Source: an uncultured bacterium
GTDB lineage: Bacteria; Actinomycetota; Acidimicrobiia; Spongiisociales; UBA5794
Direction of reading: 5' to 3'
Length of the DNA: 64,000 bases
NCBI GenBank assembly: GCA_963801165.1
Contig: CAWDDT010000006.1
Span: 32,001-96,000, forward strand
The position numbers and the translations under genes are program-made. The notes under the pieces were generated by a model. It saw only the letters and a list, made by a program, of their open reading frames with translations. It was not told the DNA's origin and did not search any database. Position 1 is the stretch's first letter. Every line of letters starts with the position of its first letter. Positions 49,495-59,234 of this stretch are shown here, piece after piece.

Positions 49495-50592
49495 TCAGAC
49501 GCCGATCGGTTCGAGGCCGAGCCATCCGGCTAGGTCGGCGATCTCCGCCTGCACCGCCGCTGTGATCGCCTTGGTGAAGCGCACGTCCTGGTGAACGGCG
49601 TACACCTCGAGCGTCCCGCTCTTGCGGTCCGCCCTGGCATCCAGCTTTCCGATCAGCCGATCGCCGTGGAGGATCGGCAGGGCGTAGTAGCCCCAGCGAC
49701 GATCTTGCTTCGGCTTGTACATTTCGAGCACGTACTCGTAGTCGAACAACTCCTGAACGCGGGCCCTGTCGTGTACGAGCCGGTCGAACGGCGACAGCAA
49801 GGCGGTTCGCCCTTCGAATGGTTCGTTTCTCGTCCGCCCCAGCGTCTCGGGATCGACCCGCCATTCGCCCTTCGCGTTTTCGACCACAGCAGGTTCACCA
49901 ACTTCACCGACGTCCCACGGCTCGACAGGCACTTGCGTCGTCCGGCTGCGGGCGATACCGAGCGCCCGCAGCCGACGCTCGTTGCGCATGCGGCGAGCAT
50001 CCGGCTCGGGGACAGGCGACACGTCGGATGGATAGACTCGCTCGGCGAGATCCCATATCCGTTGGCGACTTTGCCGACCCGTGATGGCAACCTCGCCGCG
50101 CATCATCAGGAACTCCAACATTTGAGTTACGTTGCGGTCGTTCGTCCATCCGCTAGACCCCCACTGCTCTTGCGAAGTGTCGGGGATGTCGCGCGACATG
50201 AGGGGTCCCGAGCTCTCGAGCCGTTCCAGGATGTCGCGCCGGAATCGGTCGTTGGCCTCGAGCCACCGGCGTGCCCTCTCCGTGGTGGGCCATGTCGCCA
50301 TGGCGGTTAGGTAGAGCCCGAGGTCACTCATGGGCCGCACGAGAGCGTTGAATTCGAAGAGGGTTCGGTCGCGTTCGAGCGCCGCCCGCAGGCCGTCGGG
50401 GTCGTACGACTGTCCCAGCCTGCTCCACGCTACGAGGTCGGCGTTGGGTGCGATCGCCGCTGTCGGGTCGATTTGGAGGAGGGTGAGGTGCTCGACCACC
50501 TCGACGAGGGCGTACGGTCGCCGAGCATCGAGGAGCTGGGCGCGGACCGCGAGTCTCCTGGCTTCCTGTCGGGTGAGTTCGTGAGGAGTCAT
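49495..50592 (-). CDS. YcaQ/AlkZ-like winged-helix DNA glycosylase family protein
   Basis: LLQIDP, LLSPFDRLVHDR.R..LFDYEY.LEMYKP..RRWGYYALPILHGD. Confidence 0.9.
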   Translation of the reverse strand: MTPHELTRQEARRLAVRAQLLDARRPYALVEVVEHLTLLQIDPTAAIAPNADLVAWSRLGQSYDPDGLRAALERDRTLFEFNALVRPMSDLGLYLTAMATWPTTERARRWLEANDRFRRDILERLESSGPLMSRDIPDTSQEQWGSSGWTNDRNVTQMLEFLMMRGEVAITGRQSRQRIWDLAERVYPSDVSPVPEPDARRMRNERRLRALGIARSRTTQVPVEPWDVGEVGEPAVVENAKGEWRVDPETLGRTRNEPFEGRTALLSPFDRLVHDRARVQELFDYEYVLEMYKPKQDRRWGYYALPILHGDRLIGKLDARADRKSGTLEVYAVHQDVRFTKAITAAVQAEIADLAGWLGLEPIGV

Positions 50593-50787
50593 CGGCCGGG
50601 AGCCTAATGGCATGGTCGCGCCGAGCCGGTGGGTTCGACCTTAGATCGTCGTCGGCCCGGGCCTGCGCGATGACGTCGGCAGCGGCGGCACGACTTGCGG
50701 GACGGAGCAAGCCGTGTGTCCCTCAAATAGCGACTTCGACGGCGGTTCGTACTCGCCGCGGTGACGAGGACGGCACTGTGATGGCCG

Positions 50788-51642
50788 TCAGGCTGTCGGC
50801 ATGCCTTTGATCTCGGGGAGGATTCGTTCGGCCACGATCTCGGCGACCCTTACCGGTGCATCGCACGGTGGTATGTAGACGATGTTCTCAGTAAAGCCGG
50901 CGTTCATGTACCCGTGAAGCAGGTCGACCATGGCAGAGGGTTCCATATCGTTGAAGCGCGGCTGGACGGAGCGCTTGATCTCCGTTGGGTCGCGGCCGAT
51001 CGCGGCACAGTGTTGATCGAGGATTGCGGCCTTTCGGGAGACATCCTCAACCGAGCCGACAATATTCCACACATCGGCATGCTCGGCGACGACGCGTAGC
51101 GTGAGCTTCTCACCTCCGCCGCCGATCCAGATGGGTGGGTGCGGCTTCTGGAGCGGCTTTGGATTCGAAACCGCGTCGGTGAGCTTGTAGTACCGACCCT
51201 CGTAGGACGCCTGTTCCTCAGTCCACAGCTTCCGGCACACCGTCAGGGCCTCGCCGAGCCTGCGGACGCGCTCGCCCGCCGAGTAGAACGGTATGCCGAG
51301 CATCCTGTGTTCGATCTCCGCACCACCCGCCCCGAGCCCGAACTCGAGCCGCCCTCCCGAGAGGTGATCGATCGTAGTGGCAATCTTGGCGAGTAGCGCG
51401 GGGTGGCGGTAGCCGTTACCGGCAACCATCAGCCCGATACGCACGCGTGTCGTCGCCTCTGCCATCGCCGCCAGGAGGCTCATGCCCTCGAACATGTCTC
51501 CGGTGACGTCGGCGAAGATCGGGTTGAGGTGGTCAAAGCCCCAGAGATGATCGAAGCCGGCTTCGTCCGCAATGCGCCAAACGGCATGCAGATCGGCTAT
51601 CGAACAGTTCTGCGGCGAGAGCTTGAGACCGAGCGTGACCAC
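50788..51642 (-). CDS. LLM-class F420-dependent oxidoreductase
   Basis: WGFDH, YRHPALLAK.ATTIDHLSGGRLEFGLGAG, PKPLQKPHPPIWIGGGGEK. Confidence 0.92.
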   Translation of the reverse strand: MVTLGLKLSPQNCSIADLHAVWRIADEAGFDHLWGFDHLNPIFADVTGDMFEGMSLLAAMAEATTRVRIGLMVAGNGYRHPALLAKIATTIDHLSGGRLEFGLGAGGAEIEHRMLGIPFYSAGERVRRLGEALTVCRKLWTEEQASYEGRYYKLTDAVSNPKPLQKPHPPIWIGGGGEKLTLRVVAEHADVWNIVGSVEDVSRKAAILDQHCAAIGRDPTEIKRSVQPRFNDMEPSAMVDLLHGYMNAGFTENIVYIPPCDAPVRVAEIVAERILPEIKGMPTA

Positions 51643-51776
51643 CCGACGAGGCTACCAGCGCCGGCCAGACAGTGGTGGTCGCACGATGCGCTCACGGTCT
51701 GAGACGTGGTGGGTGGTGGTCGACACCGGGTGTAGGGTCTGTGCCGTCGGAGCCATCGAGCAGGCGGGCGGGGACG

Positions 51777-52412
51777 GTGATCGTGGGCGATCGTTCAGGG
51801 TCTGATCTGAGAGTGCTCCATGTGCTGCGATGCATCGGTGTGGCCGGAGCGGAGAGGTTGGCAACGGCAGCGGGGCTCGACCTGAGCGACACCGACAGGA
51901 TGCTGAGGGAGCTCTCGGACCGGGGTCTCGTCGAATCCGATCCCGGGCCTTTTGGTGGTTGGAGCCTCACCGACAACGGCCGCACGGTCGAGCAGGAGAT
52001 GCTCGATGGAGAGCTAGAGCGTGCCCGGGCGCGAGATGATGTGCTTGCGTGCTACGAGTCGTTCATGGGTCTGAATCCGAGACTGCTCGAGATCTGCAGT
52101 GCATGGCAGATGTGGCGGGTCGGTGACACTTATATCCCCAACGATCATGGCGACCCGGACTACGACTGTCGGGTGCTTTCCCGGCTCGTTACGGTCGATG
52201 GGGGAGCGCAGCGGATCTGCGCCGACCTGGCCCGACGCTTGGCGCGCTTCGGTGTCTACGGGGACCGTCTTGCGTTTGCCCTCGAGCGGGTGAAGGGCGG
52301 CGATCACAACTACGTCGCAGACAACATGGATTCATATCACACGACCTGGTTTCAGCTCCACGAAGACCTGCTCACGACACTCGGAATCCCGCGTGACGGC
52401 CGGCCGGCCTGA
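51777..52412 (+). CDS. Winged-helix protein, Rv1126c-like
   Basis: N-terminal wHTH (GWSLTDNGR); ICSAWQ and DSYHTTWFQLHEDLL motifs. Confidence 0.7.
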   Translation: MIVGDRSGSDLRVLHVLRCIGVAGAERLATAAGLDLSDTDRMLRELSDRGLVESDPGPFGGWSLTDNGRTVEQEMLDGELERARARDDVLACYESFMGLNPRLLEICSAWQMWRVGDTYIPNDHGDPDYDCRVLSRLVTVDGGAQRICADLARRLARFGVYGDRLAFALERVKGGDHNYVADNMDSYHTTWFQLHEDLLTTLGIPRDGRPA

Positions 52413-52521
52413 GGGGTGCAGGAACTGGGTGTGGTCGACCCGACCTCGGGTCAGGCGCGGCCCGGTTCGGCTGACTAGTCGCAGCTGCCGGGCGAGATCG
52501 GCCGCCCAATGAGCGGAAGTG

Positions 52522-52773
52522 CTACCGCCGTGGCGCGCGTGGCCTGGCTTCGTTGACCGAGAGCCGCCGGCCATCCACCTCATGACCGTTGAGCTCCTCG
52601 ATGGCTCGTGCGGCCTTCGTCGAGTCGGTGATCTCGACGAACCCGAAGCCACGGGATCTGCCGGTCTCACGATCGGATATGACCGATGCCGACTCGAGGT
52701 CGTAGCCGGAGAAGAGGTCGCGAAGATCGCTCTCTCGAAAGCTGAAAGGGAGATTGCCCACGTAGATGTTCAT
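52522..52773 (-). CDS. RRM (RNP-1) RNA-binding protein
   Basis: IYVGNL, DRETGRSRGFGFVE, VNEARPR. Confidence 0.95.
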   Translation of the reverse strand: MNIYVGNLPFSFRESDLRDLFSGYDLESASVISDRETGRSRGFGFVEITDSTKAARAIEELNGHEVDGRRLSVNEARPRAPRR

Positions 52774-52824
52774 AGTTGTCCTTGTTCTGGCGGAGACGCC
52801 TTCGCGTGAACGGTTGAATTGGTG

Positions 52825-52907
52825 CTCGGATCCGACTCCGCCTCAGTCCAGACCGAGGGTAGGAGAGAAGTGCGTCGCCGCCCTAGCAGCGGAAGGGACC
52901 ATACCAG
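52825..52907 (-). promoter_or_regulatory. Promoter + conserved structured 5' leader of RRM gene 2
   Basis: Homologous to 49266-49348 with the same spacing and hairpins. Confidence 0.7.
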
Positions 52908-52973
52908 GACGGGAAGGGTTTGTCCGCCGACATGACCGTCTTGGCCGTCCCCGGGGCGATTTCGCCGACGAGA

Positions 52974-53552
52974 TCACCCGGGAGCTCGCTCGTTGCGCTG
53001 GGCCGCGGCAGCGATCTTGTCGATGCGAGCGGCCCTTGTCTCCGGGCGCCTGGCCAGAGCCACCCACGCCAGCATCTGCTTTCGCGCCGAGGGGGGGAAC
53101 GCCGCGAAGTTCTCGGCGGACGGCGCGCGGAGCGCAAACGCGGCGTCGAGGTCGTCGGGCACCTCGAGCCGCTCGGCCGAATCGAGGATCTCCCAGTATC
53201 CGTTCTCCTTTGCTGCCTCGACTGCGGCGATGCCCGCGGGCATCATCCGACCTTGGGCCGTAAGCCGGGCAACGCGAGCCTTGTTCGTCGCTGCCCACGG
53301 GCTGCGCGCTTTGCGGGGAGCGAAGTAGAGCTTGCCGCGGTCCTCGTCGAATCTGCCCGCGGTGCTGTCAACCCATCCGAAACAGGTTGCCTCTTCTATG
53401 GCCTCCTCATAGGAGAGGCCGGGATGACCGGCACCGGCTCGCCACGTGACGAGCCAGCAGCCTGTGGCGTCGGCGTGGTGGTTGTCCAGCCATGCTCGCC
53501 ACGTAGCACGATCGTCGGCGTGAACGTAGGGGGCATCGTCAAGTGCGGACAT
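52974..53552 (-). CDS. YdeI/OmpD-associated family protein
   Basis: WRAWL..HH, EEATCFGWVDS, FAPRK.RSPW..NK.R, ARRPETRAARI. Confidence 0.92.
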   Translation of the reverse strand: MSALDDAPYVHADDRATWRAWLDNHHADATGCWLVTWRAGAGHPGLSYEEAIEEATCFGWVDSTAGRFDEDRGKLYFAPRKARSPWAATNKARVARLTAQGRMMPAGIAAVEAAKENGYWEILDSAERLEVPDDLDAAFALRAPSAENFAAFPPSARKQMLAWVALARRPETRAARIDKIAAAAQRNERAPG

Positions 53553-53559
53553 GTTCCGA

Positions 53560-55221
53560 TTATCGCGGCGGATGCGATGGGTTGTCAGCGCGTGGCCCAT
53601 CCGCGCGAGGGAGTGTGAGGCTGAACACGCTCCATCCATCGCGACGCTCGTAGCGGAGCTCTCCGTCCATCAGCTGTGCCAGCTTCCTCGCTACGGTGAG
53701 ACCAAGCCCGATCGAGGCTGGATTCCCTGTCGCGGCTTCGGATCTCTGGTAGGCGTCGAAGATGCGTGATTCGTCGCCGCTGGGAACACCGTCGCCGTTG
53801 TCCCGAACCTCGATGCAAACATAATCGTCGACGTAGCCGTAGAACAGTTCTATTCGTCCGCCCCCGTGCCGGCGGGCATTCACGACGAGATTTCGCAGGA
53901 TCTGCCGCGACCGGGAGTCGTCACACCAGGCTAGGACCGGCTCGTCTGGTGCGGCGACCTCGATGGCGAGATCCGAAGCCAGCGGCTGTAGCACTGAGGT
54001 GACCTGGGTGCCGATATCGACGGTCGTGCCCACGACGACGAGGTTGTCGAGGTCGGCACGGGCAGCAACCAATAGATCCTCGACGATGGCGACCACCTCG
54101 CCGGCCTGTTGCGCGAGCAGGGTGTGCAACTCGGCGATCTCATTTGCGCTCAGGTCGGCACTGTTGCCGCGCAGCTCTTCGCTGAGCCCGTAAACGACGC
54201 TGAGCGGGGTCCGCAGCTCGTGCGACACCGAAGCAACGAACTCGTCCTTCGAGCGGATCTGTTCTTCGAGTTGGCGGCGGTACCGGGCCGCGGCGGTGAC
54301 ATCGATGGCAACCCCCACCGTGCCGCGCCGGACGCCGAAGCCGTCGATTTGCGGCCGGTGGCGCACCGCAAAAGACACATCACCGAGCGTTATCTCGTGG
54401 ACGCTGTCCGTCGGGGACGACAGGGCCGCTCTGACCATGTCGAGCACCTCGGGGCTGCCGGCATAGACATCGGCAACGTTGAGCCCGACCACCTGTCCGG
54501 GTTCGAGGCCGAGGAGACGCAGGCCGGGGCCCTCGGACAGCGTGAATACGCCGTCATTATCGATCGCATAGAGCACGATCGGCGTGCTGTCGACAACGGT
54601 GTGGAGGCGCGATTCCTTCTCCCTCAGGTCGGCGTTCAGCCTCTCCCGCTCGTGTACCGCTGTCGCTGCCGTTGTCGTCATCAGGAAAGTCGCTCCCAGA
54701 TACACAACCACGGCGATGGCGACGACCACCTCTTGCCGACTCTGGCTCAGGGCGGCGCCGGTGACCGGGAGATCGAATGAGAGGACAGCAAGGCTCCACA
54801 GAGCCGCGTAGCCCACAACGGAAATCGACCAGCGTCGAGATAGGGCGAACACAGCCGAGACGAGGTCGTAGAACAGCGGTGCAACAATGATCACATGGGG
54901 CAGGTTGGTGAGCAAGACGGCTGCGCCCGTGACGGTGACATCGAGGAGCAGGGCTCCCAGCACCTGGTGTCCAGCACCCGGACGGAGACGGCGCAAGCCG
55001 TCGAGAAGGGCTAGGAACGCGGCGCCGGCAACGACCCACCCCCCCGGCCAGGTCCACAACGCGCCGAGAAACACCCCGCACACAACCAGCGCGGCGGCGG
55101 CCACCATCCGGGACCGCAGGTATCCGGTAGCCATGTCGAACTGGCCGAGGCTCTCCGATCCGAGAGCAGTCGGTACCGGGTGCGATGGCGCGTATGCGGA
55201 TGTATGAGTACGCTCGGTCAT
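53560..55221 (-). CDS. Membrane PAS-domain sensor histidine kinase
   Basis: TM region, PAS (LYAIDNDGVFTLSEG), SHELRTPL, QILRNLVVNA, VRDNGDG, GLGL. Confidence 0.92.
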   Translation of the reverse strand: MTERTHTSAYAPSHPVPTALGSESLGQFDMATGYLRSRMVAAAALVVCGVFLGALWTWPGGWVVAGAAFLALLDGLRRLRPGAGHQVLGALLLDVTVTGAAVLLTNLPHVIIVAPLFYDLVSAVFALSRRWSISVVGYAALWSLAVLSFDLPVTGAALSQSRQEVVVAIAVVVYLGATFLMTTTAATAVHERERLNADLREKESRLHTVVDSTPIVLYAIDNDGVFTLSEGPGLRLLGLEPGQVVGLNVADVYAGSPEVLDMVRAALSSPTDSVHEITLGDVSFAVRHRPQIDGFGVRRGTVGVAIDVTAAARYRRQLEEQIRSKDEFVASVSHELRTPLSVVYGLSEELRGNSADLSANEIAELHTLLAQQAGEVVAIVEDLLVAARADLDNLVVVGTTVDIGTQVTSVLQPLASDLAIEVAAPDEPVLAWCDDSRSRQILRNLVVNARRHGGGRIELFYGYVDDYVCIEVRDNGDGVPSGDESRIFDAYQRSEAATGNPASIGLGLTVARKLAQLMDGELRYERRDGWSVFSLTLPRADGPRADNPSHPPR

Positions 55222-55409
55222 CGTCAGCTATCTATCGTGGTTCCGTTTCGTACCTATCGGCGCCTTCGGCTCGTTCCTGAGCCGACACTGATTGGTTCCG
55301 GTTCCATCCTCGGAAGACGCAAACAGATGATCGCTCAACCGGGGCGCAATCGATAGGGTCCTCGAGACAAACGCGGGTCTGGCTCGAGTACGAGGTGGTG
55401 GCGCAGAAG

Positions 55410-56624
55410 ATGACAGGCAACACCGAGAGCATGCTTGCCCGATTCCGGCGTCGTTTCTGGCTCCCGCCGCGTGCCCACGGAGAAGTGATCCTCGATCGAA
55501 GCGTCAGCTTCCTGGAACTGTTCTACGACCTCGTCTATGTCGTCGTGATCTCCAGGGCGGCACACACCCTGGCCGGCAGCGTCAGTTGGCGGGCCGTGGG
55601 TGAGTTCGCAGCCATCTTCGGGCTGATATGGCTCGCGTGGTTGAACGGAACCTTGTATTACGAGCTCCACGGCCGCGAAGACGGCCGGACGCGGCTATAC
55701 GTCTTCGTGCAGATGCTGCTGCTGGCCGTGCTGGCCGTGTTCACCGGTGATGCGGCCAGCGGCGGCGGGGCGCCATTTGCGGTTGCCTATGCGGGTTATC
55801 TGGCCGTGCTCAGCTGGCTTTGGTACACCGTGCGGCGGCGCGACTCGGACGAGTACATGGCCATCACGGGCCGCTACCTCATCGGGATGGTGGCTTCAAT
55901 CGCAGTAGTCGCCGCCAGTGCGCTGCTCCCCGCATCAACGCGAACCCTTGTGTGGGGGGCGCTTGTCGTTGGCTGGGTGGTCCTGTCCACTCTGATCGCC
56001 CGGTCGAACAAGCTCGTCTTCGGCGTATCCGTCACCGACTCGATGGTGGAGCGATTCGGGCTCTTTGTCATCATCGTCCTCGGCGAGATGGTGGTTGGTG
56101 TCGTCGACGGCCTTTCCGCAGGCGGGCGCTCGGTTCGTCCCCTGGCGACCGGGATGTTGGGTCTGATCGTCGGGTTTGCGTATTGGTGGACGTATTTCGA
56201 CTACGTAGGTTCCCGTCTCCCGTTCGACACGCCCCGAATCCGGATGCGGTGGATGGTTGCGCATCTGCCGGTGTCGATGTCGATAGCAGCGGCAGGCGCG
56301 GCCATGGTGAGTCTTGTCCGGCATTCGGCCGACGCGGCGACGCCGGTGGCGACTTCCTGGCTGCTCACCGGTGCGGTGACAGCCGGTCTCCTCTCGCTGG
56401 TACTGGTCATGAGCACACTGCGCGACGCCGAGATCGAGCCCACCCTGTACCGTCCGGTTTCGCGGGCACTTGTGGGTGCAGCCGCTATTTCACTCGGCTG
56501 GGGGTGGCTGCAACCGGCGCCGTGGCTGCTGGCACTGTTACTGGTGGTGACGCTCGGCGTGGTGTGGTTGTTCGCCGTGGACCGGTGGCTTCGTCTCGAT
56601 GAAGGTAAACAGACGCCCGGATGA
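55410..56624 (+). CDS. Low temperature requirement protein A (LtrA) family membrane protein
   Basis: FLELFYDLVYV, ERFGLFVIIVLGE, WWTYFD, HLP. Confidence 0.9.
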   Translation: MTGNTESMLARFRRRFWLPPRAHGEVILDRSVSFLELFYDLVYVVVISRAAHTLAGSVSWRAVGEFAAIFGLIWLAWLNGTLYYELHGREDGRTRLYVFVQMLLLAVLAVFTGDAASGGGAPFAVAYAGYLAVLSWLWYTVRRRDSDEYMAITGRYLIGMVASIAVVAASALLPASTRTLVWGALVVGWVVLSTLIARSNKLVFGVSVTDSMVERFGLFVIIVLGEMVVGVVDGLSAGGRSVRPLATGMLGLIVGFAYWWTYFDYVGSRLPFDTPRIRMRWMVAHLPVSMSIAAAGAAMVSLVRHSADAATPVATSWLLTGAVTAGLLSLVLVMSTLRDAEIEPTLYRPVSRALVGAAAISLGWGWLQPAPWLLALLLVVTLGVVWLFAVDRWLRLDEGKQTPG

Positions 56625-56631
56625 GCCACAG

Positions 56632-58110
56632 TCAGTCGATTTCGAGCGATGAGTACTCGACGGCGCGGCTCTCCAGTATCTCGCGATTGCGACGTCGCCC
56701 GGGAAGGAAGAGCGCCAGCACGGTGGCGACGATGGCGCCGGCGAAGGCAACGTGGAACACCAGGTTGTAGGCGTTCTGGAGTTGCTCGGGATCGGTCGTT
56801 GGTGAACCCGTGATCGATCCGACGCGGGAGATGACGAGGCTGGACAGCACGGCCACGCCGATGGCGCCTGCGATCTGGCGGTTGAGTGAGCGGACCGCCG
56901 AGGCGCGGGCCACCCAGCGGTTGGGGAGCGAGTTCATAGCCGCGACCGTGTTCGGTATCAGCGCCAGACCGGTGCCGGCGCCCTGGATCAGCAAGTAGGT
57001 GAGGATTCGGCGCGAGGAGGTATCGGGGGTGAGTGATCCGAGCAGCCAGACAGCGGTTGCGATCATCGCCAGGCCGACGGTTACCGGGATGCGGGCTCCA
57101 AGGCGGTCCGCGATCCTTCCCCCGAAGGGCATGGTGAGTGCCGTTCCTGCCGCCGCGGGTGCGAGGAGCAGGCCTGCCTCGAATGCGGTCATCCGGTGAA
57201 CGGTCTGCAGCTCGATGGGGATGAAGACAAGACGGGCGAACTGGGCGACGGTGATCAGCCACACGATCGCGATCGTTACTGCGAAGGTTGGCACGGCGAA
57301 CATCCTCATCTCGAGCAGCGGGCTGCTCGATGTGATCTCCGACCGCACAAACAGCGCCAGCAGCAATGTGCCGACGACCAAAGGAATGAGGAATCTCGCC
57401 GATCCCCAACCGTTGTCAGGTTCCCAGTCGAAAGCGAGCAGGAACGCGACCAGCCCGGTCGCTGCCAGCAGCCAGGCTTGCCATGCCAGCCGGCGCCGCT
57501 CGCGGAAGCCGACGTCGCGCAACAGGCGGATCGCCAGCGTCACGCCAATCACGCCGATCGGCACGTTCACGGCGAACACCCATCGCCACGAGACGCTGCT
57601 GGCTATCCAACCGCCGGCGACCGGCCCCACCGCCGGGGCGGCCATGGCGGCAATACCCCAAATGCCGAGCGCGGTGCCGCGCCTGTGCGGTGGGAACAGT
57701 TCGTAAAGCATGGCAAGGCCGACCGGCATCATCGCACCGCCGCCGATCCCTTGCAGTATCCGGAATCCGATGAGTGTCGCGAGGTTGGGGGAGAGGGATG
57801 CCAGGAGCGATCCGATGCCGAAGAGAAACAGGCTCCACGTGTAGGTGGCTTTCTTGCCGAAACGGTCGCTGATCCAACCGGTGGCGAGCTGCGCAACGCC
57901 GACTGCGAGCAGATACGCGGTGACGACCCACTCGATGCCGTGAGCATTGCCTAGCTCCTCGCCAATCGACGGCAGGGCAACGTTCACGATGGTGGTATCG
58001 AGGATCACCATGAACGTGCCGGTGAGAACGACGGACATCGCTATCCACGGGTAGCGGCGCTGCGCCCGGGTCGCCTCGTCGGGTGGCGGCTTGGCTTGTG
58101 TCTGGGACAT
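56632..58110 (-). CDS. DHA2-family (EmrB/QacA) MFS efflux transporter
   Basis: LDTTIVNVALP, WVVTAYLL, FRILQGIGGG, WRWVFAVNVPIG. Confidence 0.93.
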   Translation of the reverse strand: MSQTQAKPPPDEATRAQRRYPWIAMSVVLTGTFMVILDTTIVNVALPSIGEELGNAHGIEWVVTAYLLAVGVAQLATGWISDRFGKKATYTWSLFLFGIGSLLASLSPNLATLIGFRILQGIGGGAMMPVGLAMLYELFPPHRRGTALGIWGIAAMAAPAVGPVAGGWIASSVSWRWVFAVNVPIGVIGVTLAIRLLRDVGFRERRRLAWQAWLLAATGLVAFLLAFDWEPDNGWGSARFLIPLVVGTLLLALFVRSEITSSSPLLEMRMFAVPTFAVTIAIVWLITVAQFARLVFIPIELQTVHRMTAFEAGLLLAPAAAGTALTMPFGGRIADRLGARIPVTVGLAMIATAVWLLGSLTPDTSSRRILTYLLIQGAGTGLALIPNTVAAMNSLPNRWVARASAVRSLNRQIAGAIGVAVLSSLVISRVGSITGSPTTDPEQLQNAYNLVFHVAFAGAIVATVLALFLPGRRRNREILESRAVEYSSLEID

Positions 58111-58208
58111 GCGGTTTGGCTCCGGTGCAGGGCAGGCGGAACATCCTACCGACCGGGCTCTCGTTGGCCCTACGAACAGCGCCCTACCGGGCGACGTAAG
58201 ATCGAGTC

Positions 58209-58562
58209 GTGAACATCGAGTACCCGGGATTTGGTCGGATCCTTGTCGACGGAGTCCAATACGAGCATGACATCGTGCTCGAGGACGGCGCCGTCCGGCC
58301 GCGGTCCAAGAAGCCCTCCCGCCACTTGAAAGAGGGTTACGGGCACACGCCGTTGACCGAGGCCGAATCGATACCGTGGACCCGGCCCCGGCTGATCATC
58401 GGGTCGGGCTATTCGGGGATGCTCCCCATCATGTCGGGGGTCTACGCCGAGGCAGAAGCAAACGGGGTCGAGTTGGATGTCATGCCGACCGCTGAGGCGT
58501 GTGCGCTGCTGCGCACCACGGAAGGCGCTGTGGCGAACGCGATACTGCACGTTACCTGCTGA
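58209..58562 (+). CDS. Mth938-like domain protein
   Basis: FGRILVDG..YEHD, GHTP, LIIGSG, PTAEAC, C-terminal HVTC. Confidence 0.85.
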   Translation: MNIEYPGFGRILVDGVQYEHDIVLEDGAVRPRSKKPSRHLKEGYGHTPLTEAESIPWTRPRLIIGSGYSGMLPIMSGVYAEAEANGVELDVMPTAEACALLRTTEGAVANAILHVTC

Positions 58563-58583
58563 CGATACCTGCCGGCGATCCGC

Positions 58584-59234
58584 CTACAGGCGCCCGGTCT
58601 CGTAGGCCCACATGGCCAGCTCCACCCGGTTCCGGGCCTCGAGCTTCGTCATCAGGCTGGATAGATGCGTCTTGACCGTGCTGAGGCTGATGTGAAGCTC
58701 CTCGGCGATCTCGGTGTTGGTGTGGCCCTTAGCAACGGTCAGCAACACCTCCTCTTCGCGCTCGGTGAGCGGCCATGCGGGCTGGATCGGCCGCGCCATA
58801 TCGGCCGTGTTTGCGAATGTGGCCAGAAGACGAGCGGTCACGCTCGGGGAAATGAGAGCATCTCCGTCGGCAGCGGCGCGGATGGCCTGGACCAGCAGCT
58901 CAGGTCCGGCGTCCTTGAGTAGGAAGCCGCGGGCGCCGGCTTTTAGCGCGCCATGGACGTACTCGTCGAGATCGAAGGTAGTGATGATGACAATCGCCAT
59001 TGGCTCGGCGACATCGGGGCCCGCGAGCACCCTGGTGGCTTCGATGCCGTTCATCTCGGGCATCCGGATGTCGAACAGACAGACGTCAGGTCGTAGACGG
59101 CGCGCCATTGCCACCGCTTCGACGCCATCGCGCGCCTGGCCGACCATTTCGATGCCCGGCTGGGCATCGAGGATCATGCTGAGCCCGGTGCGCACGAGCT
59201 CCTGATCGTCGGCGACCAGAACCCGGATCGTCAC
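58584..59234 (-). CDS. NarL-family response regulator
   Basis: VADDQELVR, DIRMP, TTFDLDEY, GFLLKD, LuxR HTH. Confidence 0.95.
   Translation of the reverse strand: MTIRVLVADDQELVRTGLSMILDAQPGIEMVGQARDGVEAVAMARRLRPDVCLFDIRMPEMNGIEATRVLAGPDVAEPMAIVIITTFDLDEYVHGALKAGARGFLLKDAGPELLVQAIRAAADGDALISPSVTARLLATFANTADMARPIQPAWPLTEREEEVLLTVAKGHTNTEIAEELHISLSTVKTHLSSLMTKLEARNRVELAMWAYETGRL

Noticed and set aside
48959-49864. 301-aa RRM fusion protein suggested by the ORF track
   Set aside because: The real start is ATG49213 with its own SD; the upstream part overlaps the YcaQ-like gene and the leader
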